From positions 64,001-128,000 of IMG/VR virus record IMGVR_UViG_3300028591_000072: a DNA stretch of 64,000 nt; one strand, given 5' to 3'. Of the stretch, positions 27,852-37,947 are shown piece by piece; position 1 is the stretch's first letter, and every line of letters starts with the position of its first letter. A model generated the notes under the pieces. That model was not told where the DNA came from. It was given only the letters and a program-made list of their open reading frames with translations, and did not search any database. Both the position numbers and the translations under genes were made by a program. Source of the stretch: a virus. Its lineage: Duplodnaviria; Caudoviricetes.

Positions 27852-28268
27852 TTATTTATTGAACCAAAGAACATGTGTAAAATCAGTCCTAACCATATCA
27901 TATACAAAATCAGATGGCTTAACTATGATATTACTTTTTGCTGTTTCGGTTGCATAATAGCCAATACCATCTTCATCAGTAAATACTTTGTGAGTTTCAT
28001 CACACATTTCCTTGAACTTATTTATTTCATATAAAGTTCCAGACCACTCTTTTCCATATGTTAAAATTGGGTCTTCTTTAATCCTCAAGAATTTATCAAC
28101 AAAAAATAACCTATCCTTAGCATCATGTGCTTTGTTACAAAATTCAGCAAATGACAAATTATCCTTTAGGCATTCTGTTTCTATTTGATTATATTTTTCC
28201 TCAAGTCTATTTCTCTCAGAAATCAATTCATTATAACTTTTTTCTTTATAAACAGTATAATCAAACAT
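27852..28268 (-). CDS. Hypothetical protein
   Basis: 138-aa ORF in a co-oriented block. Confidence 0.65.
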   Translation of the reverse strand: MFDYTVYKEKSYNELISERNRLEEKYNQIETECLKDNLSFAEFCNKAHDAKDRLFFVDKFLRIKEDPILTYGKEWSGTLYEINKFKEMCDETHKVFTDEDGIGYYATETAKSNIIVKPSDFVYDMVRTDFTHVLWFNK

Positions 28269-28320
28269 ATTTTAAGACTTTTTCTTTAATATACAAAATT
28301 TTTATTTTTTTTCAAAATTA

Positions 28321-29298
28321 TCATATTAGCGTTTTAATATACCCATCAATCGCATTAATCAAACTTTCAATACTATTGTATATATAGGAAAAATAATTGT
28401 TTGGGATTTCTTTTTCAAATGACACATAAAACATTTTAATTCCATTTTTCATACAATTTATATATTTTGCCAAATCACGTTTTGATTGTAACAAATATCC
28501 ATTTTCACCGCCAAATCGTTCTAAAGGAATAAAATGTTGTCTACCTTGATACTCAATTCCTATTTTATAATCAGGAAGATAAAAATCAATAGAAGAAAAT
28601 GATGTTTTACTTTGTAACCACGGTTCTTTATGCTGATACTCAACTTTTCCGTATTTCTCAATTAGTGCGTTTAAAACGATTTTTTCACTTCTATTTAGTT
28701 TTCGTCCACATTCAGGACAGCCGCATCCGTGTAAATGGTCTAATGGCTTTTGATAAAATTCTCCATGCTCAGGGCATATTATACAAACCTTAATTCTATT
28801 ATTAATATATTCAACTTTAGAATAATCGTATTTTGTTCCGTGTGTTTCTATTGATTTTCTAATAAAAGAATCTGTTGTTCCTTTTTGATATAAGCCTTTT
28901 TTTGCATTTCCACATATTGGACATCCTTGCCCGCATAAATGTCTTTGTGGAGTCTGAATAAATTCACCATGTTCCGGACAAATAATTCTTATTTTTGAAG
29001 AAATTCCTTTATAGTCATTTTTAATGTAAGCATATTTGTAATTGTGTTTTTTATTTGCTTTTTCTTCAAACTCTTCAAAACTAATTCTTGGAGTATTTTT
29101 TCTTTCATAATAACATTTTGGGCATCCGCATCCACTAAGATGGTCATGCGGCGTTTGCGAAAAAATACCATGCTTTTTGCAAATAATTAGCACAGGTTTA
29201 TCTCTACCATCATATTCAACTTTTGAATAGTCATATAAATCACCATGCTTTATTTTTGATTTCTTTATAAATTCTTCTGTATTAGATTTTACCGGCAT
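28321..29298 (-). CDS. Free-standing endonuclease with three Zn-binding (DUF723-like) repeats and a C-terminal PD-(D/E)xK domain
   Basis: YDYSKVEY..IICPEHGEF.Q.P..HL.G.GCP.C repeats; DFYLPDYKIGIEYQGRQHF; late motif at 29327. Confidence 0.8.
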   Translation of the reverse strand: MPVKSNTEEFIKKSKIKHGDLYDYSKVEYDGRDKPVLIICKKHGIFSQTPHDHLSGCGCPKCYYERKNTPRISFEEFEEKANKKHNYKYAYIKNDYKGISSKIRIICPEHGEFIQTPQRHLCGQGCPICGNAKKGLYQKGTTDSFIRKSIETHGTKYDYSKVEYINNRIKVCIICPEHGEFYQKPLDHLHGCGCPECGRKLNRSEKIVLNALIEKYGKVEYQHKEPWLQSKTSFSSIDFYLPDYKIGIEYQGRQHFIPLERFGGENGYLLQSKRDLAKYINCMKNGIKMFYVSFEKEIPNNYFSYIYNSIESLINAIDGYIKTLI

Positions 29299-29361
29299 TT
29301 GTTTTTATAAAAATAAACTAATTATAATAAATAGTAAATAACTTATTAAATACTGTTTTAT

Positions 29362-31512
29362 ATGATTATAGATTATGACTATTTAGCATTGGAATACACA
29401 AAATGTTATAAAGACAAAAGCCGTGTCTATATGATACAGCATTTTCTTAAAACGTATGATAACACAAAGAAAAAGGATGTTCCGTTTAACCTTTTTCCAA
29501 GGCAGCAAGATTTGTGCCGTGTATTAGGCGATGCAAATAACGTTGTTACCACAAAGCCAAGACAAGCAGGTATAACAACAACGGCAGGCGCTTTTATATC
29601 TTGTGAAATGGTACTTGCTGACAAAGATTCTCCACAAACAGTTTTGGCAATTGGTAACACATTGGACCTTGCTCAACAGATGTTGTTTAAAATAAGGGAC
29701 TTTTTATTGCAATTTCCTTTATGGATGTGGGGTGATGAATTCATGGATTTAGGATATGACCCGATGTCGCCCCCACCAAACAAAAATGTTATATTTGAAA
29801 TATGCAACTCGAAAGAATTGAAATTGAAAAATGGATGTAAGGTGGTTGCTCGTTCATCAGGTCCTGATGCATCAAGAGGTGTCGGTAAACAACACTGCCG
29901 ACTTGCAGCGTAAGTTGCAATGATGAAATCCCGTAAAATCGGTGAAACCTAAGTCAAAAACGATACGGCAATACCGAGGTAAGTTAGTGGATTGCGAAAG
30001 GCCACTAAACACCGTAGAGCGTAGAAAGTGAATAAATATAATCTTTCCAAGAGTGCGGGACCCCAAAATGGGTGAAAATGTACGCCAAACTTATGAGAAA
30101 TCATAAGAGTGCGATGATAAAAAACTTCGTAATTAATTAAATAATAGGGTGTTAACTGGCTTATCTTCGATGAGGCCGCATTTATTGAAAACGGTAATGA
30201 TGTTTACGCATCTGCATTACCTACAGTTTCAACGGGCGGACATATAATAATGATTTCAACCCCAAACGGTAAGGATATGCTTTACTACGAAACATGTAGA
30301 AAAGCAAAATTAAAAGGAACTGATGATTGGAACGCATTTGAATTGGTGGAATTAAAATGGTATCAAGACCCACGTTATAACAAATTCTTGGAATGGACAA
30401 AAAAAGACCAAGAAACAGGTGAGGTATTAATTGAAAAAGAGCCATTGCTTGATAAAGAAGGGAATATAGCATATGACCAAGAGCATTGGGACCAAATGAT
30501 TAATGACGGGTGGTCACCACGTTCACCTTGGTACATTAAAATGTGTCAACAATTCAACAACGATTCACAAAAGATTGCACAAGAGTTGGATGTTTCATTC
30601 TTGGGGTCAGCATCAAACGTTGTTGAGCCTGAATTCATTGAAATGCAAGAAAAACTAAATGTTAGGGACCCATTATATGTTGACCCTATGGTAGATGAAA
30701 CTTGGATATGGAAAGAGCCAATTCAGGGTCATAGATATATTATGGGAATAGACAACTCAAGAGGCGATGCAGCAGATAGAACAGCAATAGAAATACTTGA
30801 TATTGACGGAATTGATGATGACGGAACACCTTGTCTTGAACAAGTTCTAGAATACCACGGCAAAATGACGGGTGATGATGTCGGTGAACTTGCATATAGA
30901 TATGGAAAGATGTATGGAGATGCTTTTTGTGTTGTTGAATGTATTGGTGGAGTAGGTGACGCAACTGTGTTAATGCTTCTTAGGCTAAATTACCCTAATT
31001 TATACTATGATGACGCAGATTTGAACAAATACACAATGCAACGTGACGCTTCTTCGTTAAAAGCCACAGAAGATGGCAAATTGCCAGGTTTCCATAGTAA
31101 TGCAGTTAGATTCCAAATGTTAACAGCATTTGCAAATATGGTTAAAACAAACCAAATTAAAATTAGGTCAAAACGTGTAATTGCAGAATTGGATACGTGG
31201 ATTTACAAGGGCCCAACGGCAAAGATAGACCACCAAGACGGATGTCACGATGACACACTTACTTGTTTGTCAATGACAACTTTTGTATTGAATTTCTCTA
31301 TGAAAAAATTTATAGCAGCAAAAGAAAAAGACAAAGCCATATTAAAAGCATGGACAGCAAGTGCAACACTTACAGCGTCAACTCCAACACATAACATTAA
31401 GGTTACAAGTGAAATAACAGTAGAGCCCAAAAAGAATTATCAAATGCCGTTCTATACAAATAAAGACCTTAAAAACGATAAATTTAGCCCATATAGATGG
31501 CTTATTGTTTAA
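29362..31512 (+). CDS. terL: Large terminase subunit (gp17-like), exons 29362-29886 and 30148-31512, 629 aa after splicing
   Basis: KPRQAGITT, spliced SRGVG|GVNWLIFDEAAF (Walker B), ISTPNG, GIDNSRG, HDD. Confidence 0.9.
29887..30147 (+). ncRNA. Group I intron (261 nt, IA-like, no ORF) in terL
   Basis: Exon ends in U, intron ends in G; P1 gtcggt/gccgac with U.G pair; P10 aacact/ggtgtt; P3 tcccgta/tgcggga; P7 gcgta/tacgc; P9 cttatga-gaaa-tcataag; removal restores the frame. Confidence 0.9.
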
Positions 31513-31527
31513 AAAAAATTAATTTTT

Positions 31528-32334
31528 ATGAATGATGATGAAATAAAGAAAATAATAAAAGAAGAACTTGGTGTTTCAAATGAAGTTATAAACATATCGA
31601 AAGACATTTTGAAGATGTGTATTGAACGAATAAAAGGCGCAAAAGTTGTTGAAAAAAACGATATTCTGATAAAAAAATCGTTTAATTTTAATTATAAGAT
31701 AAATGACAGTAACATATCAATAACCGTATATCATAGAAATTTTTTGAATAATGATTTGTTCATGCTGGATGGTAATGAATACATAACAAACGGTGCGTCC
31801 ATTTTAGTGGCAAAAAATCATTCAATGTGCATATTAAACATTTTTTCAGTTTGTGGAACATTGCAAACCGAAAAGGCAATGGAGACAATACAGCATGAAG
31901 TGGAGCATATTTACCAAACGATTATGATGGGTAAAAATTTTGGAGGCGAAATAATGTATGCGAAGATTAAGACGGATTTGGAAAGCGATGATAATGACGA
32001 AAACAAAATAGGGAACATGATGTATCTTTCATTAAAGTCAGAGCAAGAAGGGTTTGCAAATGGCCTATATGCCTACATGATGGATAAGCCATTACCATAT
32101 TCAGATGATTTGCTTATTGAAAGTGAAACATGGAAAAAATTCCAATTATTAAAGCAACTTGTTTCTGAACTTGAAACTAATGAAAGCCTTAAAAAAAAGT
32201 TTAGTGTTTATTTTGAAAATTTTGGAGTCACAATAAACGATTTGAAGCAATCAATAAAGAATTTTTCTTCAAGAATAGGAAAAGTGATAATTAAAGTGAA
32301 AAACGATAAAATAAAACAAGGATGGAGATTTTAA
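31528..32334 (+). CDS. HExxH metallopeptidase-like protein with leader
   Basis: IKKIIKEELGVS; TIQHEVEH..EQEGFANG; paralogue of 43323..44219. Confidence 0.6.
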   Translation: MNDDEIKKIIKEELGVSNEVINISKDILKMCIERIKGAKVVEKNDILIKKSFNFNYKINDSNISITVYHRNFLNNDLFMLDGNEYITNGASILVAKNHSMCILNIFSVCGTLQTEKAMETIQHEVEHIYQTIMMGKNFGGEIMYAKIKTDLESDDNDENKIGNMMYLSLKSEQEGFANGLYAYMMDKPLPYSDDLLIESETWKKFQLLKQLVSELETNESLKKKFSVYFENFGVTINDLKQSIKNFSSRIGKVIIKVKNDKIKQGWRF

Positions 32335-32362
32335 TTCGCATTTGATAAACTATTTATAATAT

Positions 32363-33298
32363 ATGGGAAAAAGAAAAACAACGGAAGAATTTATAGAAGA
32401 AGCCAGAAAAATTCATGGTGAAAAATTTGATTATTCAAAAGTTAATTATGTTAATAACAAAACAAAAGTTTGTATAATTTACAATAACATTGAATATTTT
32501 ATTACACCAAAAGACCATTTAAAAGGTGAAGGATGTCCTTATTTGTCAAATAAACTAAGAAATAGCAAAAACACAAAAACGACTTCTGAATTTATAGAAA
32601 AATCAATAAAAATACACGGAAATAAATATGATTATTCCGAATCTATATATGTTAATCATTTAACGCCATTAAAAATTATTTGCAAAAAGCACGGAAAATT
32701 CACACAAAAACCATCTGACCATTTAAGTGGGTGTGGATGCCCAATTTGTTGTGGAAGTTCCAAACTAACGACAAGTGAGTTTATTGAAAGAGCAAAGATA
32801 GTACATGAAAATAAAAATTTTGATTATTCTAAAGTTGAATATGTGAACAGTAACACAAAGGTTTGTATAATATGCCCTGAGCATGGCGAATTTTGGCAAA
32901 CTCCACATGATTTTATTAGGGGTGTTATTGGATGTAAAAAATGCAACGAAAAAAAGTTAGAAAAAGATATAGAATTTGAATTGCAAAATAATGATATTAA
33001 ATATGAAAGAGAAAAACATTTTAAATGGCTTGGAAAGAAAAGTTTAGATTTTTATTTGCCAGATTATAATATTGCTATCGAATGCCAAGGAGTACAGCAT
33101 TTTGAGCCTGTTGAATTTTTTGGTGGAGAAGAATCCTTTAAAAAACAGATTAAAAATGATTTTGAAAAATACAAGATTTGTGAAACACATAATATTAAAA
33201 TAATATATTACTCATCCATTATAAAAGAGCAAAAAGAATATTTTCGGCCATTAATAAATAATAAAAACGAAATTATTGAACTAATAAAAAAAATATGA
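32363..33298 (+). CDS. Free-standing endonuclease, same family as 28321..29298
   Basis: FDYSKVEY..ICPEHGEF repeats; DFYLPDYNIAIECQGVQHF. Confidence 0.8.
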   Translation: MGKRKTTEEFIEEARKIHGEKFDYSKVNYVNNKTKVCIIYNNIEYFITPKDHLKGEGCPYLSNKLRNSKNTKTTSEFIEKSIKIHGNKYDYSESIYVNHLTPLKIICKKHGKFTQKPSDHLSGCGCPICCGSSKLTTSEFIERAKIVHENKNFDYSKVEYVNSNTKVCIICPEHGEFWQTPHDFIRGVIGCKKCNEKKLEKDIEFELQNNDIKYEREKHFKWLGKKSLDFYLPDYNIAIECQGVQHFEPVEFFGGEESFKKQIKNDFEKYKICETHNIKIIYYSSIIKEQKEYFRPLINNKNEIIELIKKI

Positions 33299-34443
33299 TT
33301 AAAGTAACAAAAGATATTGATGCTTTGTTTAAATTGGTTCGTTCAGCGATGGGAGCCCCTGTTCGTTCTGTTGAACTTACTGATGAACAATTATGTGATT
33401 TATTGGAAATAGCCATGCAAGATTATTCTTCTGCCGTACAAAACGAAATAATCGCCAACCAGTGGCTTGGTTTTTATGGTAAAAACGTTACCAACGCAAA
33501 AGAACTTATGTATGGTTTTATGGTAAGAAGTCTTGATTTAACAAAAGACTATGGCGCTTGGTTTTCGAAACAAGTTGGTCTTCAGACAATAAAAAGTGGT
33601 GATTATTGGGAACTTAAAAAGGATTTCGTTACAATTGAATCAGGAAAACAGGTTTATGTAATACCATCAGGAAGAACAATTAACAAAGTCATGTATGTAA
33701 ATCCTCCTATGACAGATACTGCATTATTTGCAAACTATATGGGTGGAGGAGTTGGTTTTATGCCAGGACTTGGACAAGTTGGTGCAGGATATGGATATGG
33801 CGGAGGACTTGGTGGATTCTATACAACACAAGCAATGGATGTTGCTTATATGGCCGCAGATTTGAATTTTAAGAGCAGATTATTTAGGGGTGACCTTACA
33901 TATAAGGTAACAGCAGGTCCTGACGGTACACATTTATTGCATTTAATGTCAACCCCTGGAAGTAAATTGTCATTTGGATTCGCAGGTGCAGGTGTAAATG
34001 GCGGAATTGGGCTTATCGGGTGTGAGGTTTGGTACACATATTACGACACTTCAAATGGAGATGAAGATGAATGTATGTTATATCACGCAGATGACGTTAT
34101 TTTAAGTCCTGACCAAGTTCCTATGGAAAATATGCAATATGAATTCCTTAACGAACCAGCAAAAGTCATAGTTCGTCAATTATTAATTGCAAAGGCAAAG
34201 CAAACTTTGGGACTCATAAGAGGTAAATTCTCAGGAAAAGTTAACATTCCTCAGGCAGAGATGACAATGGATTACCAAATGTTAATTCAACAAGGTAAAG
34301 AGGAATATGATGCCGCAATGGAAGCATTAATGAAACGTCTTGAAAGAATGAGGCCTGTTAATATGATGAAAGAACAAGCCGAATTAATGGAAAATAATGT
34401 AAAATTACAGCAATATACCCCATTGGGAATATATGTAATATAA
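33295..34443 (+). CDS. Neck protein (T4 gp13-like)
   Basis: MGAPVRSVELTDEQL..; AKAKQTLGLIRGKF..IP..G.EE. Confidence 0.75.
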   Translation: MIKVTKDIDALFKLVRSAMGAPVRSVELTDEQLCDLLEIAMQDYSSAVQNEIIANQWLGFYGKNVTNAKELMYGFMVRSLDLTKDYGAWFSKQVGLQTIKSGDYWELKKDFVTIESGKQVYVIPSGRTINKVMYVNPPMTDTALFANYMGGGVGFMPGLGQVGAGYGYGGGLGGFYTTQAMDVAYMAADLNFKSRLFRGDLTYKVTAGPDGTHLLHLMSTPGSKLSFGFAGAGVNGGIGLIGCEVWYTYYDTSNGDEDECMLYHADDVILSPDQVPMENMQYEFLNEPAKVIVRQLLIAKAKQTLGLIRGKFSGKVNIPQAEMTMDYQMLIQQGKEEYDAAMEALMKRLERMRPVNMMKEQAELMENNVKLQQYTPLGIYVI

Positions 34444-34458
34444 CAATCAGAAACAGAA

Positions 34459-35385
34459 ATGAAATTAGATTTTAATGACATAAAATATTTGGTTAACGAA
34501 TGTGTTAAGAAAATCATATCTGAAAGAATTAGCGATAAAACATATCATTTTACGTCTTTTTCTTCTTGCATAAATATTCTTAAAAACAATGAGTTTAAAT
34601 TGACATTATCTTCAAATTCATCAGATGCGTATGACAATAAACGCTTATTCTATTTATCAACACAACGAGGTAGAAGCAAAGACATTGGATATGCAGGACA
34701 TTTGGGAAGTTGTATACGAATTGAAATAAATGGCAACGAAATATCACAAAAATATAATGGTAAGCCTATAGATTATTGGGGAACGATGGGAAAACAAGCA
34801 TATTACAAGCCAGAAAACGATTCAACATTTGGAAAAGGATTTACAAAGTCAAAAAAAACGCACCATAATTTCGAAATGGAAGACAGGATTTTCTCATATA
34901 CTCCAACAATTGAAAACGCATCTAAATATATTTCAAGAATTGATGTTTATTTGAGCGGACAAAGAAAAGATTTAGCCGAGAAAGAAAAAGATGATGCAAT
35001 TACAATTTTAGTACTATCAAAAAGAAATTCAATACCAGTTTTTGTATACACTGACATCAAAGATTTTAATTTTATGACAGATAATACCATAAATTCAGAA
35101 CTTGAGCAACTTTATAAAAATGATTTTCAAAGCAAGACAGAAGTTGGATTCGAAGATTATGATAGAATTAAAATATGGAGAGAAATGAAAAAAAAAGGAA
35201 CATTTGTTAATATCTTAGAACAATTGATGAATGTTTATACATTAGGTAAAATATACACCAAAAATAATGAAATATATAAAACGGTTTCATCACTATTTAA
35301 ACAATTTGGATTAGAAAAATATAAAAATGATTTAATTAAGGGAACTATATACCTGATGGCACAAAGTCAGTCTGATAAAGGCTGA
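34459..35385 (+). CDS. Leader-bearing protein with ADP-ribosyltransferase-like motifs; C-terminus replaced by IS end sequence
   Basis: LVNECVKKIISE leader; YHFT..YLSTQR..EMEDRI; last 14 codons read through the IS IR and terminator. Confidence 0.45.
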   Translation: MKLDFNDIKYLVNECVKKIISERISDKTYHFTSFSSCINILKNNEFKLTLSSNSSDAYDNKRLFYLSTQRGRSKDIGYAGHLGSCIRIEINGNEISQKYNGKPIDYWGTMGKQAYYKPENDSTFGKGFTKSKKTHHNFEMEDRIFSYTPTIENASKYISRIDVYLSGQRKDLAEKEKDDAITILVLSKRNSIPVFVYTDIKDFNFMTDNTINSELEQLYKNDFQSKTEVGFEDYDRIKIWREMKKKGTFVNILEQLMNVYTLGKIYTKNNEIYKTVSSLFKQFGLEKYKNDLIKGTIYLMAQSQSDKG

Positions 35386-35392
35386 CTTTTTT
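35364..35392. terminator. Terminator of the AAGTCAG family just inside the IS left end
   Basis: aagtcagtc-tgataaa-ggctgactt plus T-run. Confidence 0.75.
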
Positions 35393-35393
35393 G

Positions 35394-35777
35394 CTACGAA
35401 GCAAACTTTATCCCATTACCTTGTGAGAAATTGTAAAATGCTTCAATAAAGTAATCATAATCTTCTTCGGAAATGTTATTGGTTTCTTTAAGCATATTCA
35501 GCACCTCTACATCACCTATTTTTGTTACATCACCTATTGTTATAAATCCTCCAATTGCTGCAAAAGACAAAACCACAGACATCTTTTTTCTGTATGAAAT
35601 CGTATTATCTGTAATAAAGTCTGTAATATTCCACCATTTAGATGGCTTGCTGTTATTATCTTTTGCAATGATTATAGCATTTTTTGCAAAATGTTCCATC
35701 ACTTCAATTAAAAGGTTGCTTTCGCAATAAGTCGTTAGTTCATGTGCTGAACTTGGTGTAATGTATAGTATATCCAT
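35394..35777 (-). CDS. Hypothetical passenger protein
   Basis: ATG start at 35777 downstream of TATCTTTGCA; the only TAG stop I noticed among real genes. Confidence 0.65.
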   Translation of the reverse strand: MDILYITPSSAHELTTYCESNLLIEVMEHFAKNAIIIAKDNNSKPSKWWNITDFITDNTISYRKKMSVVLSFAAIGGFITIGDVTKIGDVEVLNMLKETNNISEEDYDYFIEAFYNFSQGNGIKFAS

Positions 35778-35790
35778 ATCAACTTTTTCT

Positions 35791-35800
35791 TGCAAAGATA
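35791..35800 (-). promoter_or_regulatory. Bacteroidota sigma70 -7 element (TAnnTTTG)
   Basis: TATCTTTGCA, back to back with a late motif on the + strand. Confidence 0.6.
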
Positions 35801-35825
35801 CTATTTATTTGAAAAATAGATATAA

Positions 35826-36110
35826 ATGAAGAAAGAATTTGAAGATATTATCAAGGAAAGTGTTAGAAGCGTTCTTTACGAAATGGATATTGTTCCTACA
35901 AACAAACATGGAGAAACAAATCTTGTAAAAAAGCAATCAATTAATGCATGGATAATGATATATCGCTTAATGGATAATATAAAAGTTGTAATGGATAATC
36001 AATATAAGTCAAAGAACGGTAACATTACAAACAAAGATGTAGATGGAATTATAGACTATTTATACAACAGTCTTCAAAATGTAACAAAGAACACGATTGG
36101 AGAAAAATAA
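35826..36110 (+). CDS. Passenger protein with shared leader
   Basis: MKKEFEDIIKESVRSVLYE; late motif at 35800. Confidence 0.7.
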   Translation: MKKEFEDIIKESVRSVLYEMDIVPTNKHGETNLVKKQSINAWIMIYRLMDNIKVVMDNQYKSKNGNITNKDVDGIIDYLYNSLQNVTKNTIGEK

Positions 36111-36135
36111 CCAAGAAATAAAAGAGAATAGAAAT

Positions 36136-36441
36136 ATGAACAAGAAACAAAGAATTAGAATAAACGAGAACCAATTAAGGCAAATCGTTAGCGAATCCGT
36201 GAAAAGAATTTTAAGAGAAAACGATGATTTCACACCACATGGATATATGACGAAATCAAATCTTGGAGGAACCGAAGTACAAATTAGCAATGATGGTTCT
36301 GCGGCAAGATTTAGAAACAATTACGGAACGCCAGACAAACCGACTGATTGGCTCGAAATTGAATTTGACGAAGAAGGCGTTGCTTATGTTACTTTACCAA
36401 ATGGTAGCCAAGAAAGGTTAGACAATTATATGAGATATTAA
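36136..36441 (+). CDS. Passenger protein with shared leader
   Basis: MNKKQRIRINENQLRQIVSESVKRILRE; start moved to ATG 36136. Confidence 0.75.
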   Translation: MNKKQRIRINENQLRQIVSESVKRILRENDDFTPHGYMTKSNLGGTEVQISNDGSAARFRNNYGTPDKPTDWLEIEFDEEGVAYVTLPNGSQERLDNYMRY

Positions 36442-37373
36442 GCAGTACACTTAACAACTTTCACATCCTCGAATGTAACGACATTCAAGGCGTGTTCCAT
36501 AAGGGCAGCGAACCTTTCGCCGCCCTTCTTTTTTCTATTGTTGTAGCGAAAAACCGCCTCGTCAATGTAACGCTGGATATAGTAGCGTGAAACAAAGTGG
36601 TATGTGCCATAAACCATACGCTTGAATTGTCCCCAAAAGCCCTCAATCGTGTTGGTGTACTTGCGTCCCACGGCAAACTCCTTTTGGCTGTGGTTGACAA
36701 TCTCCCTGACATACCCGTTGTCATTCAGGTTGCAGTAAATGTTGGTTTCGTCAGTATAAACCACCGAACCAACCTTAATATGGCTCTTGATAATAGGCAT
36801 AAGCGTTGCGCTCCTTGTATCCTCAACCTTGATGGCAAACACATTGCCTTCCCTTTGTGCCATACCGAATACGGGTGTCTTTGTCTTGGTGCTTCTGCCT
36901 TGCGTACCCTCAACCTTCTTGCTTTCGTGCTTGTTGGTTTCCCTACCACCAACATAGGTTTCGTCAATCTCAACCTCGTCCTCAAGGATTGGTGCTGATT
37001 GGGTAAAGGTGGTGCGAATCTTGTGGAGCATAAACCAAGCGGTTTTTTGTGTCACACCCAAGTCAATGGCTGCTTGCTTGGATGAAACGCCCTTGGAGTG
37101 GGTTGACATAAGGAAAATGGCTCCAAACCACTTGTATAGGGGTAATTTGGTGTCTTGGAAGATGGTTTCCTGAAGGATTGAGAATGATGAGCCACACTCA
37201 CGGCACTTGAAGCGTCCGTCACCACGGCGATATGGGTGCATGCCACCGCAATACGGGCAAGCAACAAGTCCGTCAGGGTAGATTTGTTCCTCAATGAACT
37301 TTAGGCAGGTGGCTTTGTCCCGGAAATGGCGGAAGATTTGAGGAAGGGAGTTGAAATGGGCAAGGTTAATCAT
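36438..37373 (-). CDS. IS1595-family (ISXO2-like) DDE transposase
   Basis: CPYC..CREC Zn ribbon, HTH (KTAWFMLHKIR), EIDETYVGG, YTDE, TNTIEGFW, FRYN; GC clearly higher than the flanks. Confidence 0.95.
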   Translation of the reverse strand: MINLAHFNSLPQIFRHFRDKATCLKFIEEQIYPDGLVACPYCGGMHPYRRGDGRFKCRECGSSFSILQETIFQDTKLPLYKWFGAIFLMSTHSKGVSSKQAAIDLGVTQKTAWFMLHKIRTTFTQSAPILEDEVEIDETYVGGRETNKHESKKVEGTQGRSTKTKTPVFGMAQREGNVFAIKVEDTRSATLMPIIKSHIKVGSVVYTDETNIYCNLNDNGYVREIVNHSQKEFAVGRKYTNTIEGFWGQFKRMVYGTYHFVSRYYIQRYIDEAVFRYNNRKKKGGERFAALMEHALNVVTFEDVKVVKCTA

Positions 37374-37603
37374 AGCAATTCAGGTTGGTTACACTTATTT
37401 ATAGTGTAGAATATACAATTTTTCAACCTGAAAAACCAGTTTTTTAACTGAAAATCAGAAATTTCTTCCTAATTTTGTGCCATCATGTACATAGTTCCCA
37501 AAAATTTAAGACGTGACAAAGCTTCGCAACGATAAGCGTTTAGAATGCTGAAATTAAGTGGCTTGTTTTTCTTTTTTATTCTAAATAATTTCATAATTCA
37601 ATT

Positions 37604-37822
37604 TTAATTTGTTGAGCAAGTTACAACCCAATCACCATAATTTGGCGGCATTGGATAAGTTCTTGTTGGCTTAAAAATGTTTGGCTCTAACTGGTCATAA
37701 TAAGGAAATGTTTGTTGTTTCTTATCGTTTAAATCACTAAAATCTTTCATTGCAAGCATTTCTGCAAGTGTTCTTTTGTCACATTGCATGTATCTTTCTA
37801 CTTTTTCTTCAAATGTTTCCAT
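37604..37822 (-). CDS. Hypothetical protein
   Basis: 72-aa ORF with upstream TTGACT / TGTATATT motif. Confidence 0.6.
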   Translation of the reverse strand: METFEEKVERYMQCDKRTLAEMLAMKDFSDLNDKKQQTFPYYDQLEPNIFKPTRTYPMPPNYGDWVVTCSTN

Positions 37823-37947
37823 AATTAATATGTTTTATATAATATACAAAAAAATATTTAAAGTCAAAAACTATTTATACATAGTGTATTATGTTCACTT
37901 TAAACATAATAATATTATATTATTAAATAACAATTAAATTAATTAGC

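Larger units (their letters stand above)
35340..37499. mobile_element. IS1595-family transporter element: transposase plus three passenger genes
   Basis: IRs gggaactatatacctgatggcacaaa (35340-35365) and tttgtgccatcatgtacatagttccc (37474-37499); no IR next to the transposase stop; no TSD seen. Confidence 0.8.

Noticed and set aside
29887-30249. terL as two separate genes or a pseudogene
   Set aside because: The gap has full group I intron features and splicing restores Walker B in frame
35332-37507. Target-site duplication for the transposase-bearing element
   Set aside because: The flanks TTAATTAA and AAAAATTT do not match
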